64,000 bases of DNA, from positions 15,872,001-15,936,000 of the forward strand of contig CM022673.1 in NCBI GenBank assembly GCA_012295275.1. Reading direction: 5' to 3'. The notes beneath the pieces are model-generated. The model had not been told where the DNA came from. It saw nothing but the letters and a program-made list of their open reading frames with translations, and did not search any database. Source of the stretch: Chrysomallon squamiferum (lineage: Eukaryota; Animalia; Mollusca). Position numbers and translations under genes: made by a program. Positions 1 to 14,223 of the stretch are shown piece by piece (within the stretch, counting starts at the first letter, position 1; the number at the start of each line of letters is the position of its first letter).

Positions 1-255
1 AGTCTAGCAGTAGTAGTTGTGGTGGTGATGATGATGGTGGTAGTCATAGTCGCAGTTAGTAGGTAAATAATAGTGGTAGTTATAGCAGAGAAATAGTAGT
101 AGTGGTCGTGGTAGTACTGGTGGTTGAAGTAATAATAGCAATAACAGAAGTGATAGTAATAGTAGCAATAACAGAAGTGATAGTAATAGTAGCAGAGCAA
201 ACTTACGTGATTATGTTAATGTAGTGGTATACAGGAATGTTTGTGTCTGTCTGTC

Positions 256-344
<89 letters not shown>

Positions 345-482
345 TATTTGTAATCATATTTAATTGTTTTGTCTTAAAAAGACCCAGTCACACACACGCA
401 CACAACCATATATTCATACATGCAAACAAGCACACAGGCTTGTTATATTATCTAGAAATGTATCCAAAACATGCTGGCTAAC

Positions 483-2205
483 CTTACAGCGCAGTGAATT
501 AGCTTAACTCCGATAAAGTCGGGATTCTTTGCGGCGAATTCATTCGCGACATCACGATACATGCGCAAAGCCCATTCCGAGTCGTGTGTTGTGCCGTTTA
601 ATTCGTAAGTCTGTTTAAACGAAAACATAATAATATATAAATAAACAAATTAGAAAAAGTTTTCGGTCTTTAATTTTAAGAATAAGCACATATAGACAAA
701 ATGCTAGATATTAATAATGACGCCTGCTTACCTCTGGTAAAAGCGCTCGAACTTCCAAGTACTGTACATTGTCTTCACGGAACTGTTTCAGTGCTTCGCG
801 CCAGTAATCTCGGAATACTGGGGCATAGTACATTAGTCCATTCATAGCCATAAAATATTTGTTAAACTTCTGCCAGACTGCATTTAATGTGGGATAAGCT
901 TGGGTGGGGTTGTCGACAACTATAGACATCTTCTTTATTAACCTTCCATTAAAGAATGAGAACATTTTTTTTTTACATATTTAAATATTGAATATTAAAT
1001 ATCAAGAATTATAAGGAATGTTTCTTGAAAAGTCTTTCTCTGTTGTAAACCGAATTCAAAAAGGATTAATCAGACATTTATTTTAATTTGATTTTATTTT
1101 TATTTTTATTTTTATTTTTTTTTTTTATTCTATTCTATTTTTATTTAATTATTTATTTTAGTTTGTTTGTTTGTTGTTGTTTTTTTTTATTATTGTTGGG
1201 GTTTTTTAATGGAAAAATATTGCAATGTTAAAGAAATATATTTACATTTGATCAAAATGATCCGCATCTCCGGAAGCATCACGTTGCGATTTCACAGTCA
1301 CCCATATGCAATCTGTAAACAATCCAAAAATATTTGTTTAAGAGAATATTTGTGTTTCATCAGTTATTATATTATTCATGCATCCATTCATCCATCCAAT
1401 CATAATATCATTCATTTGTCAATTCATTATTCCTATTCATTCATGCATCCAATACATCATTCATTCATGTATTCATTATCATTCATCCTTCATCCATTCA
1501 TAATATCATTCATTCATCCATTCATAATATCATTAATTCGACCATTCATTAATCCATCCATTCATTCAGCGTTTGAAAATAAATACTTTAAGAAAACAAA
1601 ACTGAAATACCTGAACTGGCTGGCGGCGAGGAAAAGAAGTAAAACTTCAAATCTCCATCTGAACACATGTAACAGTTTTCACGATACGTGACGTTTTTAA
1701 TCACCCATTCCAAACTTGTTATCGATGAGTCGTGCACATGTAAGGCGCCACCTACAATAAAACAATATGTTTATTTCAACATTTTAACATTTCAGAAATG
1801 TACGGGGAATTTACATCTACATGCTCATGGATGGATTGATGGAAGTAGATAGACAGACAGAAAGATGGATGGTTTCATTCGTCAAAACAATAAATAAAAT
1901 AATTAAATTTAAAAAAAAATTAAAAATAAAATTAACTGAGCTTAAACCTTGTCGTATATATATATATATATATATATATATTTGATATAAGCCGACAAAC
2001 TTTAAATGTTTTTTTTTTTGGGGGCGTGTACTCGAAAAAAATGAAACATATGGAGAAATTCAAACACGTTTTCCTTATCTTAAAAACACTGTTGATATTT
2101 TTCCCACGATTAAAATGAAATATTATGAAGGTTTTTTATTAGTTGTTTCTTTTTTCTTCGTTTTTAAAATAATATTCGTTAGTTCCTGTTATTTTGTGTG
2201 TCTTC

Positions 2206-2264
<59 letters not shown>

Positions 2265-2549
2265 AAAATATCACAAGAAACATGAAAATTTAATAATTAC
2301 AATTAACTGATTAATCAAATTTTATAAAATTAATCAGATCATCAAAGAAAAGTTTTAAAATCTTTTGTATGTTTTTACAAATATTAATTTTTCTATTTTG
2401 TTTTTTCTTTCTTTTTTTTAATTTTATTTATTTATTTATTTTGTTGGGTTTTTATTTTTAAAAATTTAAATTTAAATGCATATATTATTTTGTTTTAAAT
2501 TTTAATGGATATATTTAATTAATTTTTTTTTAATTTAAATTTAAATGCA

Positions 2550-2587
<38 letters not shown>

Positions 2588-3214
2588 CATATATATATAG
2601 CACATATGTATTTAAACAGAACACTGTTCGATCTCTTTATAATTTTTTTTTTTTTTTTTTTTTGGGGGGGGGGTCACGTTCCTAAATTATTAGATTTTAA
2701 AATAATCTTTAATTTGTTTATCGTTTTGGTTAAATGTTTAATAATATAATTATGTGTATTTTTTCATCAAAATTCATAAACACTAAAAACATTGATGAGA
2801 CTGACATTATATAACAATTGTATTCTTCATGATTTCTCCACTTAAATATAACCTGATACAGTGGTCTCTCCCAACAGTTTGACAAGCGTACTTCTTACCT
2901 TTAGGCATCGCTTTAATAAATTGGTATACTGGACTACGATCGATCAACTTCTTGGCTTGGAAAAAGCTGATATGAGGTGGGAATATTGTTCCATTGATTC
3001 GAGAAGTCGCGATTTCTTTTCTTTTAGCATTCATTAGCATTGAATCTACTACGGTTTCTTTTTTATTCAAAACCATCGTTCCGCCAATACGAAGTTTGTC
3101 TTCTTCATGAACGATGTGCTGTCTTTTTTCCATGTAATCCTTTACGCTGCACCATGATACCCCACTGACAGCACTTACTACGAGAAAAAACAGCAACGTT
3201 TTTGCGGCCATCAT
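483..3214 (-). CDS. ADA2: Adenosine deaminase 2 / ADGF (mollusc-derived growth factor-like), 5' five exons; gene continues beyond the left edge
   Basis: Exons 3214-2899, 1751-1611, 1312-1246, 942-732, 610-483, all GT-AG and phase-consistent. Signal peptide (MMAAKTLLFFLVVSAVSG), ADGF N-terminal region FPPHISFFQAKKLIDRSPVYQFIKAMPKG, zinc-binding GGALHVHD across exons 1/2, and YAPVFRDY...FREDNVQYLEVR. Confidence 0.93.
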
Positions 3215-3978
3215 TGGTGACTCTTTGTCGTTTAACTTCCTAGTGGAGGTTTGCTAACCGAAACTGCAGAAATGGTATCAGCGGTGTAGAAAACATCACG
3301 CGGTCAATGGCGTACGTATCTATATATAATATAGCGACCTTTGGCCTAGTTCTGAAACACGAGATCGTCAATGTAAACATAACTTGAGCAGCCGATTACA
3401 GTTATTATTTTTAATTGCAACATCACCTTGAGGATATTTTTATTTATTTATTTATTATGTTTGAAAAGGATAATTCTCTAGTGAAACGTTCATGATCACA
3501 ATTTTTTAATAAAATCAGTTTAAGCTGGTTTATAAACAAGAAACATTATAATCTTAGCAAACTACATATTCCAAACATGTTTATGCTCGTAGATTCCGCT
3601 ACTTCGCTGGCACGTTTGATCCTGTTGTCATCATCATCGTCATAATGAATAATAATTAGTATTACTGTTAACTTACTGTTGTTGTTGTTACCACCATCAT
3701 TATTTATCTGGATATCACTGTACATAGTGACAACACTTTGTCAAGTACTTATTTATTGTTTATTAACTGGTTTTGATCTTAAAAGTTCATCTTGAAAACA
3801 GTTTCCATTTAAATGTTATTTAAGAATATTTTGTTTCAGTAATAATTAGTAACAATGAAATCAATATGTGTAATCTACTTCTGTCGAGAGTGGTGAGTTG
3901 AGAAATTAAACAGTTAATTTCATTTAGTTGTTTTTATTATTATTATTTAGGACTGGAGGTTATTATTTAGGACAGATC

Positions 3979-4043
3979 GAATAACCCAATGAAGCTCAGT
4001 TTAGCCTCACTGAATCAGGTCATTCTTACCTTCACAGGGTAAA
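3979..4043 (+). repeat. Dispersed repeat fragment (possible SINE); second copy at 36096-36173 on the minus strand
   Basis: GCTCAGTTTAGCCTCACTGAATCAGGTCATTCTTACCTTCACAG aligns without gaps to the reverse complement of the 36.1 kb copy (GCTCAGCAAAGCCTCATTGAATCTGATCATTCTAACCTTTACAG). Confidence 0.55.
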
Positions 4044-4357
4044 GCTGGTATCTTAAGAGAGTATCTGGTTATTCCATGTGTCTACAGTTGCATAACATAC
4101 GTGTATATACATGTGTTTTTCAGAGAATACATCTATGTAACTGCTGGGGTGTTATTATTTACAACTGCAGAATAAAGGAATTAACTTGTTACAGTCTTAA
4201 GATGTAGCTTTATTCTTGTAAGGTATGTGTGTGTGTATAAAAATAAAAATAAAATAGAAACAAATAATAACAATAAATTGCTGAATCTATCGAAATTGTA
4301 AAACTAGTTAAGAATGTTTGGAAAAAAAAAGTGAATACTAAATCACAGTTAAGCACT

Positions 4358-4391
<34 letters not shown>

Positions 4392-5253
4392 GTTGTGGTA
4401 ATGATGAATTAATAATTTAGTAGATTCATAATGAAAAAATAACAAAAAGTACCTTAAATGCAGCAATAAGGAGTTACCTGGTGAGTGATGACACCTCTAC
4501 CTCAGAACTCAAACTTGAAAAATGTGTTATTTGGGGACTGTTCACCACAGAACATACTTTATTTTGTTTATAAAAAGGTGTAGGGCCTTTAAAAAAAAAA
4601 TAATAAAATAAGAAGGAATGAAAATGGCAAAAATCATTTCTGACTTTGTTATACTACCTTACTAGTGAAAACTAATCTCATATAACATATAAACCACTAG
4701 TTGAGAATATACTAAATGTATTTGGTCTGATTTTATGCACTGCCATTTATGTATGCTTTCTGGAAGAACATAACATGAATTTAGCCATAACTTGTTCACA
4801 TAGCAACAAGAAGACTTAAACAAATCCATTTAAGCCTTTTATAATAATACAAGCAAAATAACTATTTCAAAGTACACAAGAACTGTAAAAAGACTAAAAT
4901 TCCAAATAACAGGTATTCTTAAGAATAAATTAAAAACAAAACAAAAAATTGATTATACAAATGCTTTTGTGAATATTTATTAGGTTACAGTACCATAAAT
5001 ATTTACATCAATTATTATTTCACACTATGAAAGTTATATTTATTTTAAAACAATCTCTTGGAATTATACTAAATATTTACATTATTTTGTTAGTACAGAT
5101 CATAAGTACATTTGTATAACCATTTTGAAAATCATGTTGAGGTTTGTATAATGTGTCTTGAGTACACCAATCACACTGTATGCATTACAGTACACAAATG
5201 AATTTAGATAATAAAATTATGTAGTGAAAACCTGATGCAACACATAGATATGT

Positions 5254-5925
5254 TCAGCCTGGTGGTTTTCCAAGCAAGGCACTGTCTGGGGCAGAATCCC
5301 AGATTATTTTCTGAATCTGTTTAAACTTGGGATGTGCAGAGTCACCAGTCAAACACAACAGAATACTCTCACTTGTTGTGAGAAAAGCCCCAGCATCTCG
5401 GATACGCTGATATGCATACATCCTGTAACAGTCAGAGAATTAGTTATTTATCCATTTGTTGATTTATTTACTTCCTTTTTTTTTAGTTGTAGTATTTATT
5501 AATATAAATACATCCTGAAATAGGAAATTATTTTTATTTATTAATTATTTATATTTATTTATATTTATATTCATGTATGCATATATTCAGTATATAATAT
5601 TATCATTACTAATAAAAAAAACACCACAATGAGTAAAACAAAATATATATATATATATTTGTGTATGTAATTTAAAAAATTAAAATGTGTAACTCCAAGA
5701 AACAAATAATTTGTTCATTTAGATATATAATTAGGCCATTTGTTTTAACTTGAGCTCCATTTTAACTCACATACCTGTCTACAAGACTTCTTGAAGAGCA
5801 AGCATCAACAACAAGGTGAACATCAAAGCCTTTATCAATAAGATCCAGAGCTGTGCACTGAATACACACCTGTGTCTCTATTCCACACAGAATGATTGAT
5901 TTCAGATCTTAAAAAAAGAAACAAA

Positions 5926-6013
<88 letters not shown>

Positions 6014-7139
6014 ATTGACTGGAAAAGAAACAATAAAAAGAAAATACTAAAAATCTCAATAACATAATGATTAATAAAAATATGTTACTCTAATACTGTG
6101 TTTCTTTCACGTATCATCTCTTACTCATTACCTAATTAAATCCTAACAATTAATATTAAATTATTTTGAAACATTCATTAACATTAATTCATTGACAGTT
6201 ATTAATTTTTTCATTAATTTATTCTTTCAATTTTTCATTTAATCTCTCATTTATTCAATCATAACATAACAGGGAGAGTAAACAAACCTTTCATTTTACT
6301 GATGTGTTCTTCTACACTTGGCACAAGCATAGAGAACTGAGTCTTTGGAAACACGTCGAGATTACTGACATCAAGTTCACTGACTGTGTGGCCAAGTTCT
6401 GAAGTAAAAAAGACAAAAATATTAACTATTAATTACTTGTATACATGATATGCAATTATAAATTATTACAATTTACACAGTTCTAATAGCAATTTAATGT
6501 ATTTGACTTCTAAAATTAAAAATGTATTTTTCAGATTGGAATGTAAGGAAAATAATAACTGAATGTAGTAAAGATTACCTCAACCAGCATTTTTGAAAGT
6601 GATTTTGTAAATAAATTCTACATTTGCCCATTTTTTCTTTCTTTTTTTTTTTTTTAGATTATTCATTGCATTATAAATTAATTATAAACCTCATTTATGA
6701 AAAATAATTTTAAAGAAAGAAAGGAACAGAAATGGTAAAATTATATTTATAATCATTAGAACTTCAATACAATCACCCAATTCTGGAATATATACACATA
6801 TATATTTACTTTAAATATGAAATTGAAAAACAGGGTGACAAACACATTTTCATAAAATCTGTATTCAGTATGTTGAAAGAGTTTCATATTTATTTATTTT
6901 TAACTTTTTATATTACAACTTAAGTCCACCCTTCAAGGGCCTCTCTGAGACTAACTTTCCGGGTTCTGCTCCGTCACTACAATAGGCATATCTAAAACTT
7001 TGGCTGCATTTAATAAACGACCGGAAACAGATATGATCTGCGGATAATACTGAATCGTTTTCCGAAAGGCTTCTTGCATGTCACATAAAAATAATGCAGA
7101 ATTTTTCAGAACAATCTTTCCTAATCGTTTGGTAGCCAT
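5254..7139 (-). CDS. ISOC2: Isochorismatase domain-containing protein (ISOC2-like), ~198 aa, 4 exons
   Basis: Exons 7139-6956, 6398-6288, 5907-5775, 5422-5254 (597 nt, in frame to TGA). Motifs [69 protein letters not shown]2 rather than ISOC1 is inferred from the short N-terminus. Confidence 0.88.
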
Positions 7140-7648
7140 GATTAATTATTTGTGTAAATTCCTCATTCTTTTCCACCGCTCCTGTCTCCTTCAATTGCAC
7201 GTAAACCGTAACCAAAAATCGATTTTTAACAGCACAACGATTGTAGCTTAACATCGAATATGTGATGTTTTATTAGTTTTATAAAAAGTAAACCAAATCC
7301 AGTAATGATTCATCTAAGTAAAACACAAGAGATCTGTATTTTGTTGTTTAATTGCCAAGGAGGAAAATCAAATTACATAATACAGAAAATGGCGGCGCCC
7401 GTATGGAAGTAAACAACAAAACAAAAATCAAAACACAAATGTCATATTTTATTTTCATAATTAGCAGAAATCAAGAGCGTTTTAAAACAACAGTTACCTA
7501 TTTTAGTATGATATTAAAGCTAGATTTCTAATATCAAAGCGAGACAAACAAAAAATTATTTTTTAATTTTTTATTGATAATTTAATAATTCATATGATTA
7601 TTATTATGATCATATAATTTTATACGTGTCGCAGGAAAAGATAACGAA
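7140..7648. promoter_or_regulatory. Putative bidirectional promoter shared by ISOC2 and H6PD
   Basis: Start codons diverge ~510 bp apart; YY1-type AAAATGGCGGC at ~7386-7396 and ETS-type GGAAGT at ~7405-7410. Confidence 0.55.
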
Positions 7649-8849
7649 ATGAAAAAATTATATTTTTGTGTTACTTTCTCTTTAACGTTTTGTTTTGCAT
7701 TAATTTCATCATCTGAGGCATATTCTGCTAGACATACGAACATTGTTATTTTGGGCGCTACTGGCAATCTTGCAAAACGGTATCTCTGGCAAGGGTTTTT
7801 TAATTTGTTTATCAAATACAGAGAAAAGGGGCAATCGTTCACATTTTATGCAGCCGGAAGAGCACCTGCAGATACTTCGAATTCTCTACTGACAGAAATA
7901 TTTGACAAAGAGTTATTATGTCCAGAGGAATTTAAAATTAATAACTGCATGGAAATTAAAAATAATTTCAAACATTTGGTATCTTACTCCGTACTTAAAA
8001 ACGAAACAGATTATTCAACATTTTGTTCCAAGATGCTGGATAACAGAATGAATTCCGAGAAAACCAGTGGAGAAATTATTTTCTATTTGTCAATTCCATC
8101 TAGCTCATATATCTCAGTCGCTGAAAACATAAATAAACACTGTAGACCAAAGAATGGCAAAATAAAATTACACATAATATTAGAGAAACCATTTGGAAAT
8201 GACAAGGCATCTGCTGTAACCATGGGCAACAGTTTAGCAGAACATTTTAAAGAAGATGAAATATTCAGAGTGGATCATTATCTCGGAAAAACTATTGTCT
8301 GCCAGATTTTAGCTTTCAGGTTAACATATTTAAAAGAAATATATTTATAGAAAATTTCTTGTTTAATAACATTTTATTAATATATTAGTATGTAATATTG
8401 TATTTATAATTATATAGGCCTATGGCTATATAATTTAATTTTAAATATTATATTTTACTTTATTTATATACAAGTAGATAAATGTCCACTAAGATATTAA
8501 TACACATGCGCGTCATACAGAAACAATGATCAAAGACAGTTCAACAAGCATGCAGACAAACTGACTGTTTTATATTTGTAGATCACTGAATAAACAGATA
8601 GAAGACAAACTGAACAAAGATGAAGTGGAGAGAGTGGAAATATTCATGAAAGAAACTGTTGGGGTTAAAGGTAACAATCACATTTACAATTAACCTGTGA
8701 CCTCTGAATTTTCTTCTACAACCAAGAATTGCTTTGTTACAGAGTCATTTTGGATAATATTATTACATATATGCATCTTTTAATAATATATATTTATTTT
8801 TTTATTTTTTTTATATATATATTTTGATATACTTTTAAAATTATTATAA

Positions 8850-8925
<76 letters not shown>

Positions 8926-10544
8926 AATTTATTTTAAATATTTTTTCTTCAGGTAGGATAGATTTCTTTGATCAGACAGGTATAATCCGTGACATATTTC
9001 AAAATCATCTGACAGAACTGTTAACTCTGGTTGGCATGGATTTACCTCAGAATCTGTCATTGCCTGAACAAGTTAAGACAGAGAAACTAAAACTGCTTCA
9101 TCGAATCAAGCCAGTGGTACAGTCATCAGTTTTGATTGGTCAGTATTCTGATTATGTCTCTGAAGTAAAGAATGAAACAAAAGGCTTGAAAAATACAACC
9201 TTGACTCCAACTTTTGCTGCAGCCATGTTGTTTATTGATTCACCGAGATGGACTGGAGTGCCGTTTATCCTAGCTGGAGGTAAAAAGCTGAATGAAAAGT
9301 CATCATTTGTCAGAATATTATTTAAACAAAACATAATTTGTGTCAGCTGCACAAACAATTCCAAAACCCAGCAGCTCATCTTTCAGATTGGACATGGCAT
9401 TGTAAAAAGTCCAGCCATTATTGTTTCAAAGTCTTTGGGTTCTCCAAAATGGCCAGCAGCTATGTCAGAAGTGGAATTTGATCATGGTGGTCACTTATTT
9501 GGTGATCATACTTCTGATCTTTTACTGGCCAGACCAATCAGCAATCATGATGCATATACAGTTCTCATTGAGGATATATTCATAGAAAGGAGAGATAATT
9601 TTGTAGGAACACACCACTTGTTAGCATTATGGGATATCTGGACTCACATCATCACAGAGACAGAAAAAAAGACGCCAAGAATATATAAAGCTGAAGACAA
9701 AGAAGGACTTTTAGATTTTGTTATTAAAGGTTCACAGTTAACCTTCAGAGTGCAGGATCCACAGAAAAACAAACTGCAAATTCAAGAAGACAGCATACAT
9801 ACACCAGCTACTTTTCTTGGCTATAAATTAATTTCTTGTTCCTGCACTCAAATTGCCAAAGTATTAGCTGAAGATATTTCCAAGAGTGTTCATTCTTCAC
9901 TCAAAAATAACTGGACATTTCACATTGCTTTTTCTGGAGGTAACAGCCCCAAACTTCTGCTTCAAGAACTAGCTCAGTCTTACACTCATCTTCCATGGGA
10001 AAAAATACATGTTTGGCAAGTGGATGAAAGATGTGTGCCCTTCACAGATTATCAGTCAAACTTTTATCATCTACAAGAGCTGTTGTTAAGATTTGTTCCA
10101 ATTCCTCATCAAAATATTCATCCAATGCCTGTTGACATAAATGGCAAGCTCTGTGCTCAAAGGGACATGGGAAAATATATGTATAAAGAATCAATGAAAT
10201 ACCATATTCCTGACCTTAGCTTTGATTATGTTGTCCTAGGTGTTGGTGATGATGGACATACAGCTTCCCTATTTCCACATTCTCCGCTGTTAAAAACAGA
10301 TGCTTTAGTTGAAATAGCAGACAGTGGCATGGACACCTTGAAATACAGGATGACTTTAACTTTGGCTGTGATAAACAAATCAAAACATATATCTGTATTG
10401 GTTAGCGGGAAGAAAAAATCCATGATTTTAAACAGACTGGAAAAGGAGGAAGGGTTTGTGTCAGATTTTCCTGTTCTAGGAGTGAAACCAGTGTCTGGAA
10501 AATTAGTGTGGTTTATAGACAAAGAAGCTATGTCTGATACATAG
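7649..10544 (+). CDS. H6PD: ER hexose-6-phosphate dehydrogenase / 6-phosphogluconolactonase bifunctional protein, ~783 aa, 3 exons
   Basis: Exons 7649-8319, 8582-8670, 8953-10544 (2352 nt). Signal peptide, Rossmann GATGNLAKRYLW, LEKPFG, RVDHYLGK, GIIRDIFQNHLTE, then a 6PGL domain (IAFSGGNSP, WQVDERCVP, LGVGDDGHTASLFP, RMTLT). Confidence 0.95.
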
Positions 10545-12433
10545 ATGATAATAATGAAGATTACTGTTATCTCTCTTTTTCTTACTTTCTTTCTCTGTAT
10601 GTTTCTCTATTGATAAATATTTTTATTGATTTATTTATTTTGTAAGATTTGGTTATTCAAATTGCTTTACACTTGTTTGCCAAATAAATATCAGTGCAGT
10701 ATTAGTTAGCATATGCAACGAATTTTAATATTTTAATTTTAAAAAAAGGTTAAAGGAAAAACCATTTTTATTTTTGTTTAATCACTTTAGTTGTTACAAA
10801 CACAGTAAATTTTGGTTTTTCTGGTTTTCATATTTTAATGAATAACCATAAATATCTATGTTTTTACTATTTATTTTTCTATAGATATTACTTTCGTTTT
10901 TCTTTTCAATCCCCGTGTTATTTCAGTTTGTCTGTGTGTGTGGGTGTTGTTTACATAATTATTTTAATTCATACATATATATATATACACTCATTCACAC
11001 ATTCACATGCTTAAACACACACAAACACAAAAATGTTTATTGCCATAAATAATATTTATAAACGAATTTTACAATTTATAAATGAATTTTTCTGCTTTAG
11101 TATCATTGTGATAGAAATATTGTTAAATATTGTTTGCATAAATGTATTATTCTGGAATAAAGAAAATATTTAACTGTATTTGTTTCTTATTTTCAAAAGC
11201 AGATTTAAGTCAAACACAAAGTAATTGTAACTCACGAATGTGAATACTAAATGAAATAATTCACAACGCAACAGAATGATGAACCTGTTTTAGGTTAACT
11301 TATGCAAAATGTTTCTACAAGATAAGTACATGTTTGTTTACTTTAAAAAAAAAAAAATCTTTTTAAGCTTATCATTAATTTAAAAAAAAAAAAAATTTCT
11401 CCTTTGATATTGTTATTTTGACACCATTAAAGCATCGAAGTGATTGTAATACAAAAAATACGAAATAATTTGTATTGTTCTATTTAATAATAATAATAAT
11501 GTTGGAACTTAATATAAGGTTTGATCATACGAAGTCTGAAAGGGCATCTAACGTTGTCGACTGACTAAAGAGCGCCTCACGTTTTAAGCCGGCCTTGCGG
11601 GTACTAATCGTGTTTTGGAATACAGTAAAGACTAATTACTGAGTGTTTTCTCCATTGTTTTCCAACGTCCACTGAGAGCAAATACCTAATGACCTCGTTT
11701 TTAATACTGAGTTTCATTTTGACAATAGTACGCATCAATTTACACTTACTGACCTAAATTGTACTAGTTTATATATTTGAAATGTCATATTATATATTAT
11801 TATTATTCCTAAAATAATGTAACAGAATGTGTGTGAATGATTTTAGCATACTTTCATAACAAAACTATACACGCATACCTGCCGTGTACTTTTTTGATTG
11901 CATGCCAAATCACTGAATATTTTGTCATAAAATAGTTTAACGTTATTTAATCATGTAGGTAAAACAGTCAGGTGGGTTGGGTTGTTTGGAGGGGATTAAA
12001 AAAATAATAATAAAATAAAATAATTTGTGAAAAGATAACAAGTAATGAATTCTGAATAAACATGTTTTATTCATTTGGCATTTATATTTACTTCAATGTC
12101 ATGGATACATCGTGAATGTACTAAATAGTTTAGAAGATAAGATATGTGGATTAAAACAAATGCAAACGAAATCTTTTGATTTTAATTATTATTGAATGTC
12201 AATTGTAAAAAAATTAAAAAATAAAATTAAAAAATTAAACAATCGAACAGGAAAAGATATAAGAAAAAAAAAGATAAACATTTTAAAAAGTTAATAAAAA
12301 AGGAGAAATAAATCTATACGAAAATACGTCATTTAAAATGACACGTTTTACACCTTACAAAAATGAAGGTGATACTGTGAATATATGTTTTTGTTTCGTT
12401 TCTATCCTCGTTTTTAATTTATTTTAATATTTA

Positions 12434-12718
12434 TTAATTTCCAGAAAACTTAAGATTAGTTTTTGCAATAACTCCAAACATGGCTTCCCCTAAATCTTCA
12501 CTGATTTCTGCTAGGATTTTTGGTTCCCGGAAGTGCGTCACAGCCTGGGCCATGGCTCGTGCACGTTTGGCGGGATTAGTACTTTTGAAGATTCCAGAAC
12601 CGACGAAAACGCCATCAACGCCCAGCTGCATCAGCAACGACACATCAGCAGGCGTGGCTGTAAAAGAAAAACAGTCTAAAACGAACCCGCCGTAAAAATT
12701 ATATTGCGTAAAAAACAA

Positions 12719-12775
<57 letters not shown>

Positions 12776-14176
12776 CTCTGTCACCATACGTTACCTAAAC
12801 CACCAGCAGCAAAATTTACAACCGGAAGTCGTCCCATTTCCGCCGTTTTCTGCAACAAATCGACTGGTACTCTAAGCTCTTTGGCGTAAGCATATATTTC
12901 TGTAGAATCCATTGACTTAGCAGCACGTATCTGTTTGTTTATCGTTCTAGCGTGAAAGACAGCTTGTGATACGTCGCCTGAAACAATGAATGGATTAATA
13001 TTTATCTGAGCACGTTTAAATATTACGATTTTTTCATTTGTGTGTGTGTGTGTGTGTGTCTTTAGGATCCTAGCAGTCATGGTTTTGCAGGCTATTCATA
13101 GTAATATCAGCAATGGTCAACAGGAAAATACATTTCTTTTGATACGTTAGTCCTAGTGCACTATGGTTGAAGAAAAGTTATTACTACTACTGCTATAAAA
13201 ACAAAAAAAATAAAAAAAATGGATATTCAGTTTTTAAAATCATGATTTACTTACCTGTTCCTGCTTCTCCTTTAGTTCGAATCATAGCCGCACCCTCTGA
13301 AATTCTCCTCAGAGCCTCTCCTAGATCACGTGCTCCGCAGACGAAGGGAACAGTGAATCGATGTTTATCAATATGATTTTCGTCATCAGCGGGGGTGAGA
13401 ACTAAATATTAATAAACACAGTCAAATGTACGTTCGATAATACGAATATGTACCTGTCTGTTTTCAGATTATCATTTCATTTCTTTACCAATAGTTTTTA
13501 ATAATAAATATTCACAGCAATAACACAAAAAGCTTACGATACAAAATATTGTAAATAATTGTTCCTTAATTCCTTATTTCGGACGAACTAGTGTATTTAA
13601 TATAAGACCACGGCAAAAGGAGAAAAAAGTATATATCAAATTACTAACTATCCAATTATCTAGCTTAATTAATTAATTAATTAAATCATAAACTATAAAC
13701 ATATAAAAAATAAAAAAGTATAAAATAAAACTGTGGTCTGAGATCACGTACCTTCAGACTCGTCCACCATATCGACGCCCAAACTTTCTAATATTTGCGC
13801 CTCGGCAAAATGTCCTATCCGAGCTTTTGCCATTACTGGTATAGTCACTGCCTTGATTATTTCTTTAATTTTCTACATGTACAAAAAAAAAATATATATA
13901 TATATATACTATTTATAAATGTATTGTGTTGTATTGTGTGTTTTTCTTCATGTATATATGTCTGTATATCTGTATGTGTATATATGTTTGTATGTCTCTG
14001 TTTGTATATACGTACATATGTGCGTATAAATTACCTTTGGATCAGTCATTCTTGCTACACCACCATCTCTTCGAATATCAGCCGGAACACGCTCCAATGC
14101 CATTACCGCGCATGCCTGAAAGAAGTAAATGTTTATGATATTAATAAGCATGGTAGAACTATTTATGAATGCTACT

Positions 14177-14223
<47 letters not shown>

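Noticed and set aside
224-1691. ORFs made of VC, SL, poly-I/L/Y/T or HPFI repeats here and throughout the window
   Set aside because: Translations of microsatellites and low-complexity intron sequence.
11540-11690. tRNA-like or SINE-like GC-richer patch between H6PD and PDX1
   Set aside because: No cloverleaf or clear A/B boxes, and no second copy seen; too degenerate to call.
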